Shown: piece after piece, positions 31,501-39,586 of the stretch
Layout of the letters: every line of letters begins with the position of its first letter
Position numbering within the stretch: position 1 is the first letter of the stretch
IMG/VR virus record: IMGVR_UViG_3300031555_003309
Coordinates: 1-64,000 of that record
Length of the DNA: 64,000 nt
Origin: a virus
Taxonomy: Duplodnaviria; Caudoviricetes
Reading direction: 5' to 3' (one strand)
Program-made: the position numbers and the translations under genes
The notes under the pieces: generated by a model
The model's input: only the letters and a program-made list of their open reading frames with translations
Told to the model about the DNA's origin: nothing
Databases searched by the model: none

Positions 31501-33406
31501 TACAAATGATTTAATAAATGAATTTGATTTTAACGGACTATCAGGTACACTTAATAATAATATATTAGGTGGTACAATAACTGAATCATATGAAAATATA
31601 AATAAATATTATTTTGCAGGTTCTAATCCATATGTAGGATTTAATCAATTGCAAATTGCTCAACTTACTGAAGGTATAGGTGAAATAACTGAGTCAGATG
31701 ATACTCCTGAAGGTTCTTTTGTAGATTATTCAAGTATTACTAAACGACCTTGTGATGATTGTGATATAACCAGTACTGATCATGCTATCGTTTTTCCAAA
31801 TGTAGATAATGAATTATATAATCATTCAAGTGGTGAAATAAATGAAGGTCCAGGATTCTGGCTTGATAATTCATTTAAATTGATATTAAGAATGCCATCA
31901 TTTAGAACATTAAAACCCGACAGTAATCCTGCAGGAAGTGTCGTACAAACAGATGATGGTAATTTTGATAAAGGTACTATAGAACATTGTTCTAATGGAA
32001 TGTTAGACAGTTATGATGGAGACACCGCCGATGATTTTGAATTTGAAGATATTCAAATTCACATAGGCAAAATAAATGAATTAGAACCATATGGATATCC
32101 TAATAATATGAAAACTAATTTGAACAAAATTACTAGTCATGATGAATTAGGTAAATTGCATATTATTTCATATTCAATGTGCAAAGAAAAAGGTTGGAAT
32201 GTATTTAGTAAAAAATTAGATCATTTAGATGATGATAATGATTTAGATGTAGTAACAGGTGGGTATCCGGTTCCAAATAACAAAAAATATAAAAATAGAT
32301 TTATAGAAGTAAATTTATTAAATGCAAAAATAAAAAATTCAAAAGGTGAATGGGTACCTATTTATACAGATTATCCTGAAGGCTATTACATTCAATTTAG
32401 ATGGAAGAATAAATATGTAGGAATGAATAGTTCTATGAAATGGTCTAATTGGCATGGTGGTTCATGGGATGGTGGAAAAAAATGGTGGGGTGATAAAGGC
32501 ACTGACTATTTTGTTCCTGTAAGAAATTATACCGACATAATAATAGGGTTTAGGGATTTTATTCAAGATTCTTATCCAGGTTCATGCAATAAACTTTATG
32601 ATATAAATGGTTACACTACACTACCTAATTTATATGGAGATGGTAATCACGATGCATCTGCTATAATTCCTAATTCTAAAGATTACAACATTAAAGATAT
32701 TAGAATTACAGACAGTGATAATAAAAACTATAAATTAAATAAAATATTACAAGATTTTCCATATAATAGTCAATATAAAGTATCTTATAACAAGAATGTT
32801 AAAGAAATTCCGGATAATTTAAGTAATTTCTCTAACACCATGTGGGATATTTTATATATAGATTATATCATAAGAAATATGAGTAAATTATATTGTAAAT
32901 TAAAACATAATGAAATTCATCCTGAAAGTGAAATAGTAAAAAGACCATATTGTCATTTAGCTCTTCCATATAATGATGATAATCGTGCTATTACATTAAA
33001 TTATAAATGTGCCGGATGGGATGACATGGATAATAAAAATATATCTCAAAATATAAATGTACAAAATAAACCACATCCTCAAATGTGGGATAGAAATAAA
33101 TACTATAGAAAAGTTATAACTATAGATGATTTTAAAGAATTAAATACACACTTAATTGAATTATTGGAATATATAAGGAACATTAATTTTACTGGAAAAC
33201 ATGTTTTTAATAATAAATTTGTATTACCCATAAATCCAGCTAAATTTAATACTTTTCTAGATAGAGATAAAAATTATAATTTAATTATTGGTGATTCAAT
33301 TGATATAAATCAAGGACACTCAAACATTAATAATGTTAATTATAAAAATATAACAAGTAATTATATACAAGATATCTGGGATAATATTTTATCTACATGT
33401 AGTTAA
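25589..33406 (+). CDS. Giant (~2600 aa) putative virion/baseplate protein of unknown family
   Basis: Uninterrupted 7.8-kb ORF, Tyr/Asn/Gly- and beta-rich, no catalytic motif recognised; true start may be TTG 25601 (RBS aggtgg). Confidence 0.55.
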   Translation: MVTILTNSDFSSNIQAVTFKQNSGGIIGMFIDVNADTIFKEITLYIGHSSTNNHFAPANGRNITVGYWIVDETFDKNFNIDDLNIPILDKSENILQPIYCNKINCLSPTDNVDSIIYGNGDKTFINTNNIPLDSMYRFSFSFDLNDVDQEKLLVKNGKIFLAIISNSLSYSTTALTIGMNVGGTYYYTEMQDNSKTHKSNLFSIYYENIVTGKLLDDANVELESSKPPKIRCSDIRYRTLSQIEDNVYSDGSFTPGYDDGGETFEEAYKRYLDNGKNPQYCIFNEDYKFNSDFNISQGNLKDVIFAKPELEAFNRGGEGDLDEARWVFKRSRIKFTIPPVRDKNGNIRKVTMYVRYKVVADIHDTYSINGVKAYRNKYVTKIYSYDETNNGYIDLVICPRDEGVLDNGEFKVVLERAYANIKTYSEPAEYYFKTYQKPIVNIAYPKITRNQYTGKHGFNYCKIPTYNLYANFKGENSICSKHVCDALNLQLASPKPDTSGIPLFVRFYIAEYKYGRNGCLKETKYEDANPDFDLDKFDTLQDLYVSKNKNDYTSEEDILSGNAVPLSYMTGINNCDGNPIVLSGRLTDKNIKDLITDKNGQQLKLWTYRQWDAIPKEQDDILVGNYSSYTNNGNIQIGLKLCVEKINGTYNVYVKLPRWLTITQLINQANTITFKAKIDNKPTSNVAIWLLDPNYKNGNETVYLSYAVTNKDTGLATLPDNKINNKILEVDIASKTFTNETYGTYSDGALELNFSLSSPYNLTNKVVPDHFGPPVVINYDSQDNPTEVKQEMSKALLFRAGYIYLVKARVFHGAAAGAIYEKYGDINPIIYGYGKSNGNSGKYDYSRFTLYGGKYPYNDSSKFGDDKPYYDEDSRLKWHGPEDGTTNVALNESLVNQVYPGFSEADHTFFIPTCSFTSKSNLITMHPTSPQISANQWITFNYRHLAKNIAGIDNNAFIGLTSDSESNKLVYQTKGNCLGNTIGGVQNTMTRILSMYKTCVENMIWKFHTLGAGYPDIPLNVEEYKTRVRTGKFYDTLLTLANSYYNLGYVSHDKECECEPKIMSEKLYIYIDPIYKRDVYEDGINYKNEYLYTESLSKKNIPLVYGCELKNKTYNDIRNDAFYTHINKQGDNESTDRYIIKDDHGNELYKGECGCYALTNYLSHFSNDSYYEINAPHEIKYLENGKNVTHKVVHSPNIWPETNIIYRRYIGNGGTETKRKKLLEPLGNTYRWQVVINASNVSLNNNEYDVKEIKIQHDKDEIPDAYKDNRGNVLKEFMNNDNTTKDILRYFHRPYSGKNTIYNKNEADAEKSFLIGSHEELVYYDNIQNSYFYNEIKDPNFKYDNLISKDSNYFRRFTINEFAGITTGHASYSSGYPAMYTTKCSSNTNYYSHIEYSKYFSNKLIIPKDYGELYTRIPTMLDCENGIISKDQNNIPNSGGIGFTNHNNNIDDVKSNCIPYVRTTHYLYFKTWINTQFKFVIKVNLKTIKAHEYDVSLDEEGNPELILKCFDSIDEHNEENIQDVTYAIHFGSRALRAEFTSGAENLYEIYSNILTKDNIFVEKINESEIYPWDPNMIVNEHGHYVRYGNECGLSEVYGEDNGGWGRCLSADDASSKVLLKNGNISREKTKSGGLEVPIFVRRTPLLQPQLLSDTIYDGQELINIFAGTRTIELVKVRDEYDTQITHCDPNWCFTENDAMSGFHYVAQFALGEGFSDTHLRTVTGYYLNVYYPHLAEYQLYNTVPPNGGNANNVVYENYHIDADTDPSKSISNDLDALDATNLDFLGGSGICTAYTILLIPSDPVLPNSDDEEMQYFTNTFGHWNYYKQPANYYMKPDIFKIRSKSIKDAGPVVITYCSAPSTEKINTTDDGDSLNKLISSYTNPFSKIDKNTRAIDPPPSWNIKDREKVTGHCFKRIPLNFNNLVKGYAEVFNEKNNVISTLNDFFGSQVLTHDNTLKVGLSYDLVIIPIYTNDLINEFDFNGLSGTLNNNILGGTITESYENINKYYFAGSNPYVGFNQLQIAQLTEGIGEITESDDTPEGSFVDYSSITKRPCDDCDITSTDHAIVFPNVDNELYNHSSGEINEGPGFWLDNSFKLILRMPSFRTLKPDSNPAGSVVQTDDGNFDKGTIEHCSNGMLDSYDGDTADDFEFEDIQIHIGKINELEPYGYPNNMKTNLNKITSHDELGKLHIISYSMCKEKGWNVFSKKLDHLDDDNDLDVVTGGYPVPNNKKYKNRFIEVNLLNAKIKNSKGEWVPIYTDYPEGYYIQFRWKNKYVGMNSSMKWSNWHGGSWDGGKKWWGDKGTDYFVPVRNYTDIIIGFRDFIQDSYPGSCNKLYDINGYTTLPNLYGDGNHDASAIIPNSKDYNIKDIRITDSDNKNYKLNKILQDFPYNSQYKVSYNKNVKEIPDNLSNFSNTMWDILYIDYIIRNMSKLYCKLKHNEIHPESEIVKRPYCHLALPYNDDNRAITLNYKCAGWDDMDNKNISQNINVQNKPHPQMWDRNKYYRKVITIDDFKELNTHLIELLEYIRNINFTGKHVFNNKFVLPINPAKFNTFLDRDKNYNLIIGDSIDINQGHSNINNVNYKNITSNYIQDIWDNILSTCS

Positions 33407-33437
33407 AAAATGGAGACTAAAAAGTCTCCATTTTTTT
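33405..33437 (+). terminator. Intrinsic terminator
   Basis: aaaaaatggagact-aaaa-agtctccattttttt. Confidence 0.8.
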
Positions 33438-33490
33438 AAATAATATATTATTCATAAAACTATTATTAATATATAAGAGGTGTTGTGTAA

Positions 33491-33766
33491 ATGAGTGATA
33501 TTAATTTTATACAAATTACTAATTTTAAATGTAAAAGGTGTGGTTGTACATCATATGATAAAATAATTCATACAGGATTAAAAACTATAGATGAAGAAAA
33601 TTCAATTATAAACGAACAATATGTGTGTAGAAATTGCGATTTTCCTATATCCATAAATGAATATAATTTAAATGAAGAAATAAAAATGCCTGTAAATGAA
33701 TTATTAAACCAAGCGAAAATTATAGATGAAGGAATAGATATAAGGGAGGATGAAATAAATGAATGA
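33491..33766 (+). CDS. Zinc-ribbon protein
   Basis: CKRC...CRNC. Confidence 0.55.
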   Translation: MSDINFIQITNFKCKRCGCTSYDKIIHTGLKTIDEENSIINEQYVCRNCDFPISINEYNLNEEIKMPVNELLNQAKIIDEGIDIREDEINE

Positions 33767-33971
33767 TAATTTACAATACGTGATAGCTGATAATAAAATT
33801 TTATTATATAAGCTAAATAAAATAAGAAATCATATTGAATCTAGAAGTAAAATAGTAGATGTGGTTACAAAAAATGAATTAGCAGTAATATTAGACATGA
33901 TTAGTCAATTTGAGGTAGTTCCTAATGATTGGACTTTAGATAAACCATTAGTTGTTAAGGAGGAAGAATAA
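33759..33971 (+). CDS. Hypothetical protein
   Basis: RBS gggagg; overlaps its neighbours. Confidence 0.5.
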   Translation: MNDNLQYVIADNKILLYKLNKIRNHIESRSKIVDVVTKNELAVILDMISQFEVVPNDWTLDKPLVVKEEE

Positions 33972-34591
33972 TGAATTTCAAACGTGATAAAGAAGATAAA
34001 GATGAAATAATTAAAAATTTACAACATCAAATAGAATATTTAAATGAAGAATTAATAAAAGCTGCAAGTGCTAATGGCAATTTAATAGTTAAACAACTTC
34101 CTAATGGACAAGTAGAATTAAATGGAGAAGTAATAGATAATACAACTGAAGTAGAATATTATAATTCATCTCAAGCTACATATGGTGAATTAACAATGTT
34201 TAGAATAGGTAAAGAATTTAAACAAAGAGAAATAAATAAATTAGTTAATATGCATATGGATGAAATAGATGAATTAAATTTAAAAATTTCTCATTTAGAA
34301 CAAGATAACGCAATGTTGAATGGTAAATCAACCATAGATAATGATACTATTAAAATGCATGAAAAAAGAGAACAAGATTTAGAATCTGAAATAATTGCTC
34401 TTAAAAAACAAAATGAAGCAGATAAAGAATTAGCTATACATGAGTTAAATGAAACTAAACAAACATATGAAAGCATGATAACTCATTTAGAATCAGATAT
34501 TAAATTATGGAAAGAAAGATATTTGTTAAAAAATAATATACAAATAGATGGAACTATTATAACTACACATGGAAAATTATTAGGTTTATAA
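33971..34591 (+). CDS. Coiled-coil protein
   Basis: RBS aaggagg; long heptad region. Confidence 0.55.
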   Translation: MNFKRDKEDKDEIIKNLQHQIEYLNEELIKAASANGNLIVKQLPNGQVELNGEVIDNTTEVEYYNSSQATYGELTMFRIGKEFKQREINKLVNMHMDEIDELNLKISHLEQDNAMLNGKSTIDNDTIKMHEKREQDLESEIIALKKQNEADKELAIHELNETKQTYESMITHLESDIKLWKERYLLKNNIQIDGTIITTHGKLLGL

Positions 34592-34615
34592 TACAAAGTG
34601 AAAGGAAAATAGATA

Positions 34616-34990
34616 ATGAATGAAAAATATTTTAAAGTTAATAAAGAAGTAGAATTTGCTAAACATGTAAATAAACAAAGACTTTTAGAAAGACATGGAG
34701 AAATATGTGATCAACTAAAAGATTTAAGAAAGAGAAAAGGTAATGATTATGGAAGTGTATTTGAAGATACATTTTCAGATTATGGTTTATTAGCACCTAT
34801 AGTAAGATTTAGAGATAAAATGGGTAGAATTGAATCATTAACGAAGGTAAAACAAATGGTAAACGATGAAAGTATTAAAGATACTATTTTAGATTTAGCA
34901 AATTATTGCATTATGACTGCAGCTTTAATTGATTGTATAGAAGAATATAAAAAAGATTTAGAAGTTGGTCAAGCAGATGATGCAAAATGA
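34616..34990 (+). CDS. DUF1599 / nucleotide-modification-associated domain 1 protein (all-alpha dNTPase-like)
   Basis: KGNDYGSVF...RFRDKMGRI...DESIKDTILDLANYCIM. Confidence 0.8.
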   Translation: MNEKYFKVNKEVEFAKHVNKQRLLERHGEICDQLKDLRKRKGNDYGSVFEDTFSDYGLLAPIVRFRDKMGRIESLTKVKQMVNDESIKDTILDLANYCIMTAALIDCIEEYKKDLEVGQADDAK

Positions 34991-35498
34991 TGAATTATTA
35001 AATTTATTAAATAATGAATTAGATAATGCTAATGATTTTAAAAGCATTTCTAATGCATTTGAAAAAATTACCATTAATTTAAATAAATCATGTAATGCTT
35101 TATATTCTGCAATTTTTGATTATAAATTTTCTAATTATTTATATTATCATTATATTTTACATAATAAAACAAAAATGGAAATATCAAAAATGCTAAACAT
35201 AGCACCGTCTACTCTTTATTATTATATTAAAAAATATAATTTAAAAAAAGATAGAAAGTTAATAAATGCAAATATAGTAGAATCATTAAAGATTACATGC
35301 AATGAAAAATATAATGTAAATCATCCAGGTGAATTGCCAGAAGTTCATAAGAAAAGAATAAAAAACATTTATAACAAAACTAATGGTAATTATAATAAAA
35401 CTTATTATGCAAAATTAAATAGATCTATTGAAACAAAAGAGAAAATGAAAATAGCTCAACAACAAAGACGTTATAATGAAAAGAAGGTGACTAAATGA
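34965..35498 (+). CDS. HTH DNA-binding protein with NUMOD3-like motif
   Basis: TKMEISKMLNIAPSTLYYYIKKYNL HTH; EKYNVNHP and RSIETKEKMK motifs seen in homing-endonuclease DNA-binding regions; exact start uncertain. Confidence 0.5.
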   Translation: MVKQMMQNDELLNLLNNELDNANDFKSISNAFEKITINLNKSCNALYSAIFDYKFSNYLYYHYILHNKTKMEISKMLNIAPSTLYYYIKKYNLKKDRKLINANIVESLKITCNEKYNVNHPGELPEVHKKRIKNIYNKTNGNYNKTYYAKLNRSIETKEKMKIAQQQRRYNEKKVTK

Positions 35499-35995
35499 TA
35501 GAAGATAACACGACTGTAGAACATACACCTAACGCTAATATAATTTCTTTAACTTCACAAGATAATGCAGATAAAATATTAGAGAGTATATCCAAAGGTG
35601 AAAATGTAGAATTAGATATAAATAAACAAACATTAGTAAATAATTTTAATACTTTTATGTTAGCCGAAGCATATAGTCAATTACCGACTATTTTAAAATT
35701 ACATGATTTACAAATGAAATGTTTAGATAAATATTATGAACAAGCCAATGAAATGTTAGATGATGATGATGTAAATATATTTTTATTAGAAAAAATGATA
35801 AATATGATAAATAATACTATTGATAGATGTAATAATATAATATTAAAATTAGGGTTAAATGGTGATATTACAGATCAACTAATAATTAATAAAATTGATA
35901 ATCATCAAAATGTAAACGTATTTCAGTCGCAAATATCTAAACAAAAGGTTTTAGATACAGTTAAAAATATATTAGCAACTATTAACCATGAATAA
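35495..35995 (+). CDS. Helical hypothetical protein, possible terminase small subunit
   Basis: 166 aa, two long helices then a beta-like segment; the TerS call rests only on size and architecture. Confidence 0.3.
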   Translation: MIEDNTTVEHTPNANIISLTSQDNADKILESISKGENVELDINKQTLVNNFNTFMLAEAYSQLPTILKLHDLQMKCLDKYYEQANEMLDDDDVNIFLLEKMINMINNTIDRCNNIILKLGLNGDITDQLIINKIDNHQNVNVFQSQISKQKVLDTVKNILATINHE

Positions 35996-35999
35996 AAAT

Positions 36000-36035
36000 A
36001 AAAATCTTATCGCTGCAGAACGATAAGATTTTTTT
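36000..36035 (+). terminator. Intrinsic terminator
   Basis: aaaaatcttatcg / cgataagattttt; followed at once by the motif taaaatataactata (36035-36049). Confidence 0.75.
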
Positions 36036-36080
36036 AAAATATAACTATATTATAATTATTTATAAGGTGGTGAACCGCTC

Positions 36081-37301
36081 TTGGCTGCGATTATAAGGTG
36101 TAATCAAAATGACTTGCTTCACTTAAAACCTGTTCTTGGAAAAATGTATTATTGCGCTGATAGCAGAATATTGTATAAAGATCATGGTCCTGCTATACAA
36201 AATAGATTAAGATTTAACGCTACTATTTTACAAACAGATAATCAAAGAGTAAATGATATAAAGCCAACTGTTGGAAAATTTTATTATGTAATAGAAAGTA
36301 ATTCATTATGGTTGTTTGATACAAGATGGGTGTTAAAAATAGGAGATAATACTGCTTATAATACATATGGAATAGAATATTCACAAACATATAATGGTCA
36401 ATATTATACTCCTGTTATAAATACTGATACTTCAATAAGTGGAATTTACGGTGATAAAATAATAGATAATAATGGATTGTTAGGTGATGGCTCGGTCGTT
36501 ATTAGAGACACTAATAGAATAAATAGAGGACAAATTTCTGCGGATAATGTTTATCAACAATTAGTTGTAGAATCTAAATTGGATAATGGTTTTTTATTTA
36601 TACCGAATGGCCATATGCCTTATAAAGATTTATCTACATCTTTTGGTGCATTGCACTTAACAGTTGATAAAAAACTTGTTGATGAATTAAATGATTATAG
36701 TGAATTTCAAGGATGCGCTCATTATTATGGTACTTGGCATAACTATGGCGACATGTATATAATTGAAAAAAATAAATATCCGACGGTTAAAGCTAATTTT
36801 ACTCCAAGTGTTAATTCACAAATCTTTAAATATAGTATAAATTGCTATAAATATGAAAATGAAAGTAGTACTAAAATAATAAAAACAATGATGGTTATAA
36901 GACCTGTAACCGATACAACAGCGATAGTAAACATTGTGAGTGTATATTTATCCGATGCATCTTCTGTTGTAAAAAATGACATGGATGAATTAATATATAC
37001 TCATTCAGAAAATTTATTGGACAATGGAGTGTTTGAAGCTACTAGATCTATATATTCGGAAAATGGTTATATTTGTAGCAAATATGTTTTAGATGATTAT
37101 GAAGATAATAATGCTTATATAATCATAAAAACAAATGAATTTGAATCAAAATGCGAAATATCATCTATTTGGCACGAAGAAGGTATTGCTGGATATGATA
37201 TCCATTTAACATCTACATTGTGGAATAAAAATAGATTATTAACCACTGCTGATTTAGATTCTACAGATACCAAAAATTATATACACCGAGTTATTTCATA
37301 A
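36081..37301 (+). CDS. Putative structural/fibre protein
   Basis: TTG start after aaggtggtga; two GKMYY/GKFYY modules resembling the fibre-paralog motif. Confidence 0.45.
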   Translation: MAAIIRCNQNDLLHLKPVLGKMYYCADSRILYKDHGPAIQNRLRFNATILQTDNQRVNDIKPTVGKFYYVIESNSLWLFDTRWVLKIGDNTAYNTYGIEYSQTYNGQYYTPVINTDTSISGIYGDKIIDNNGLLGDGSVVIRDTNRINRGQISADNVYQQLVVESKLDNGFLFIPNGHMPYKDLSTSFGALHLTVDKKLVDELNDYSEFQGCAHYYGTWHNYGDMYIIEKNKYPTVKANFTPSVNSQIFKYSINCYKYENESSTKIIKTMMVIRPVTDTTAIVNIVSVYLSDASSVVKNDMDELIYTHSENLLDNGVFEATRSIYSENGYICSKYVLDDYEDNNAYIIIKTNEFESKCEISSIWHEEGIAGYDIHLTSTLWNKNRLLTTADLDSTDTKNYIHRVIS

Positions 37302-37302
37302 A

Positions 37303-37317
37303 TAAAATAAAATTATA
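37303..37317 (+). promoter_or_regulatory. TAAAATAnAAnTATA motif
   Basis: taaaataaaattata before the GroES-like gene. Confidence 0.5.
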
Positions 37318-37342
37318 ATAAAAAAAGGAGATTACTATAATA

Positions 37343-37660
37343 ATGAAACCATTAAAAGGTCATATAATACTTAAAGAAATACAAGAAAAGAAAACTATTA
37401 AAGGAATAATAATCCCAAAACAAATTGCTGCAAATCAAATAGTATTTGCACGTGTTATAGCTTTACCTGAAGAAACATTAGATACAAAAGATTTAAAAGT
37501 GGGGGATTATGTAGTATTAGGATATTCTCCTGTTTGGGAAAAAAAATTCAAACATAAGCTATATGATGAAGAATATCTCATAGTCGATGAATATTCAATA
37601 TTAGCTATAGTTAAAAATAGTGAATTAATGGATTTAATTGACACGGAGGCAGTATGTTAA
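37343..37660 (+). CDS. groES: Co-chaperonin GroES-like protein
   Basis: MKPLKGHIILK..EKKTIKGIIIP..ARVIAL..LKVGDYVV..EEYLIVDEYSILAIV. Confidence 0.8.
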   Translation: MKPLKGHIILKEIQEKKTIKGIIIPKQIAANQIVFARVIALPEETLDTKDLKVGDYVVLGYSPVWEKKFKHKLYDEEYLIVDEYSILAIVKNSELMDLIDTEAVC

Positions 37661-37914
37661 CATTTGAAAAATTTTCTATATCTCCTATGAAAATAAGAGT
37701 ATTATTTACAAAAATAATATTAAATAATATTCAAAATGCATCTTTGGATGAAAATTATTTAGAAGATAAAAGATATAAAAAAGCGTTAAAATTATTTCAA
37801 AAAAATAATAATTTAGGTGAAAATTGCATGCTAACTCGTGGAACTTTTGATGCTCTTATTAGTAATTTTCCAACATATAATGAATTATGGAATGATTTAA
37901 AAAAGATGAGGTGA
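37654..37914 (+). CDS. Small protein with degenerate PG_binding_1-like motif
   Basis: KKALKLFQKNNNL...RGTFDAL. Confidence 0.35.
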   Translation: MLTFEKFSISPMKIRVLFTKIILNNIQNASLDENYLEDKRYKKALKLFQKNNNLGENCMLTRGTFDALISNFPTYNELWNDLKKMR

Positions 37915-37918
37915 TAAA

Positions 37919-38335
37919 ATGGCCATTCATGAAAAATATACTTTAACATATCAATCATGCTATAAAGTAACTAAAGGAGAAGGAATAGAGCCTCCATTAA
38001 GATTAGGAAGATTAGATGAAGAATTAGTATATAGAAATCAAAAATGTATAAATACTATTTATGGTGAAAATAAATTTATTCCTTTAGTAACAGTTGAAGT
38101 GATAGATAATGAAATAAATAAATATTCACTTAATGTTACAATTAGTGATAAAACTAATAAGCAAACATTAAAACAATTTGTTATTAGAACACAAGTAAAT
38201 AATTTAGAATTATCTGATATCAAAGAGCATTATGATAAAATAAAAACTATTTTGGATGAAAATAATGAAAATACTCTTATCACATTAATAGAGTATATTA
38301 GAAATAGTGAGTTAATTTATGAAGAATATTGTTGA
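37919..38335 (+). CDS. Hypothetical protein
   Basis: RBS gaggtga. Confidence 0.5.
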   Translation: MAIHEKYTLTYQSCYKVTKGEGIEPPLRLGRLDEELVYRNQKCINTIYGENKFIPLVTVEVIDNEINKYSLNVTISDKTNKQTLKQFVIRTQVNNLELSDIKEHYDKIKTILDENNENTLITLIEYIRNSELIYEEYC

Positions 38336-38344
38336 ATATAAGGA

Positions 38345-39094
38345 TTGTTGTTTATGATTCATATTTATTTGAAAAATCTTTTAGAAGCTAATAGAAGAGA
38401 TTTATTACTTAAACAAAAAAGAGAAACTCCTGAAAGAATAGAAAGATCAAAAGCCTATAGTATTAATAATTTATCAGTAGATCCAAATGCATTTTTAAAT
38501 GATTGGCTAGTTGTAACAGTTGACATTAACGGAAATGGAAGTACCTATAAAGATAGTATAGCTTTTGCAAAAATTTTATCTGATTTAATTGACAATGCTA
38601 AAATTGATAGCACTCATAATGTTAATTCTAAATTAATTCAAAAAACATTAAAATCATCTTTAGATAAGCATGATATTTATATAGATTGTACCTGTGATGA
38701 TTTTAAGTATAGATATGCATATTTTGCAACTCAAGGAAAATTTAAATGGGGCAAGTTACAAAATTCAAATGGAAAAAAAATAAGAAATCCTAATAATGAT
38801 ATAGGAAGCATGTGTAAACATTTATATACATTATTGAGATCTAATAAATTTATGGAACATATATCTGATAAAATAATGAGAACCATAATGGCTAATTTAG
38901 ATGTTATAGTAAAAAAATATAATATAAATTTATTAGAATTTAAAGTTAATAACAAATCATATGATAGATTGCTTAATATGAATTTAAGTAGAGATAAATC
39001 TGGTAGATTTATAAAAAATAAAGATGATGTAGATGATAAAAATAATTCTGCAAATAACGAACCTGAGGAGAGTGATTCAAATGGAAATGAATGA
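38345..39094 (+). CDS. SWIM zinc-finger protein
   Basis: CTCDDFKYR...NPNNDIGSMCKHL (CxC...CxH); start uncertain. Confidence 0.7.
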   Translation: MLFMIHIYLKNLLEANRRDLLLKQKRETPERIERSKAYSINNLSVDPNAFLNDWLVVTVDINGNGSTYKDSIAFAKILSDLIDNAKIDSTHNVNSKLIQKTLKSSLDKHDIYIDCTCDDFKYRYAYFATQGKFKWGKLQNSNGKKIRNPNNDIGSMCKHLYTLLRSNKFMEHISDKIMRTIMANLDVIVKKYNINLLEFKVNNKSYDRLLNMNLSRDKSGRFIKNKDDVDDKNNSANNEPEESDSNGNE

Positions 39095-39335
39095 TACATC
39101 TAAAATATTAAATTATTTCACTTGTGCTCAAGTTTTAGAATTATTAAAACTATTATTAAAGGAAAATGAATATTATATGTTTTTATCAAATAAAGAGTTT
39201 AAATCAGAAAATTTATCTAATGAAACATTTATTATAGAAAAAATGTCTATAATTACTTTATTTGATATTATTAAAAAATATAATTCAACATTATATAATA
39301 ACTTATTAAACGAAATGATAAATACTTTATATTAA
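39081..39335 (+). CDS. Hypothetical protein
   Basis: ATG 39081 after gaggag. Confidence 0.45.
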   Translation: MEMNDTSKILNYFTCAQVLELLKLLLKENEYYMFLSNKEFKSENLSNETFIIEKMSIITLFDIIKKYNSTLYNNLLNEMINTLY

Positions 39336-39350
39336 AAAGGAGAAATAAAT

Positions 39351-39548
39351 ATGCAAAAATTAATTGATGAACAAGTAAATAAACTAGTAGAAGAAAGAAA
39401 TTCAATTATAACAGAATTAAATGAATTAGATAAAGCGAAAAATATTCGAATTGAAAGATTACATGAGGTTGTAGGAGGCTTAAAAACCCTTCAAGAATTA
39501 AAAGATATATGTTCTAATATATCAACTAAAGAAAATACAACCGAATAA
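39351..39548 (+). CDS. Small coiled-coil protein
   Basis: RBS aaggag. Confidence 0.5.
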   Translation: MQKLIDEQVNKLVEERNSIITELNELDKAKNIRIERLHEVVGGLKTLQELKDICSNISTKENTTE

Positions 39549-39586
39549 TTCTGATTTAAAAATAAAGAATCTGGTAGGTGAAATTT

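Noticed and set aside
25589-33406. Tape-measure protein or virion RNA polymerase
   Set aside because: No Ala/Leu-rich helical periodicity and no convincing RNAP catalytic motif.
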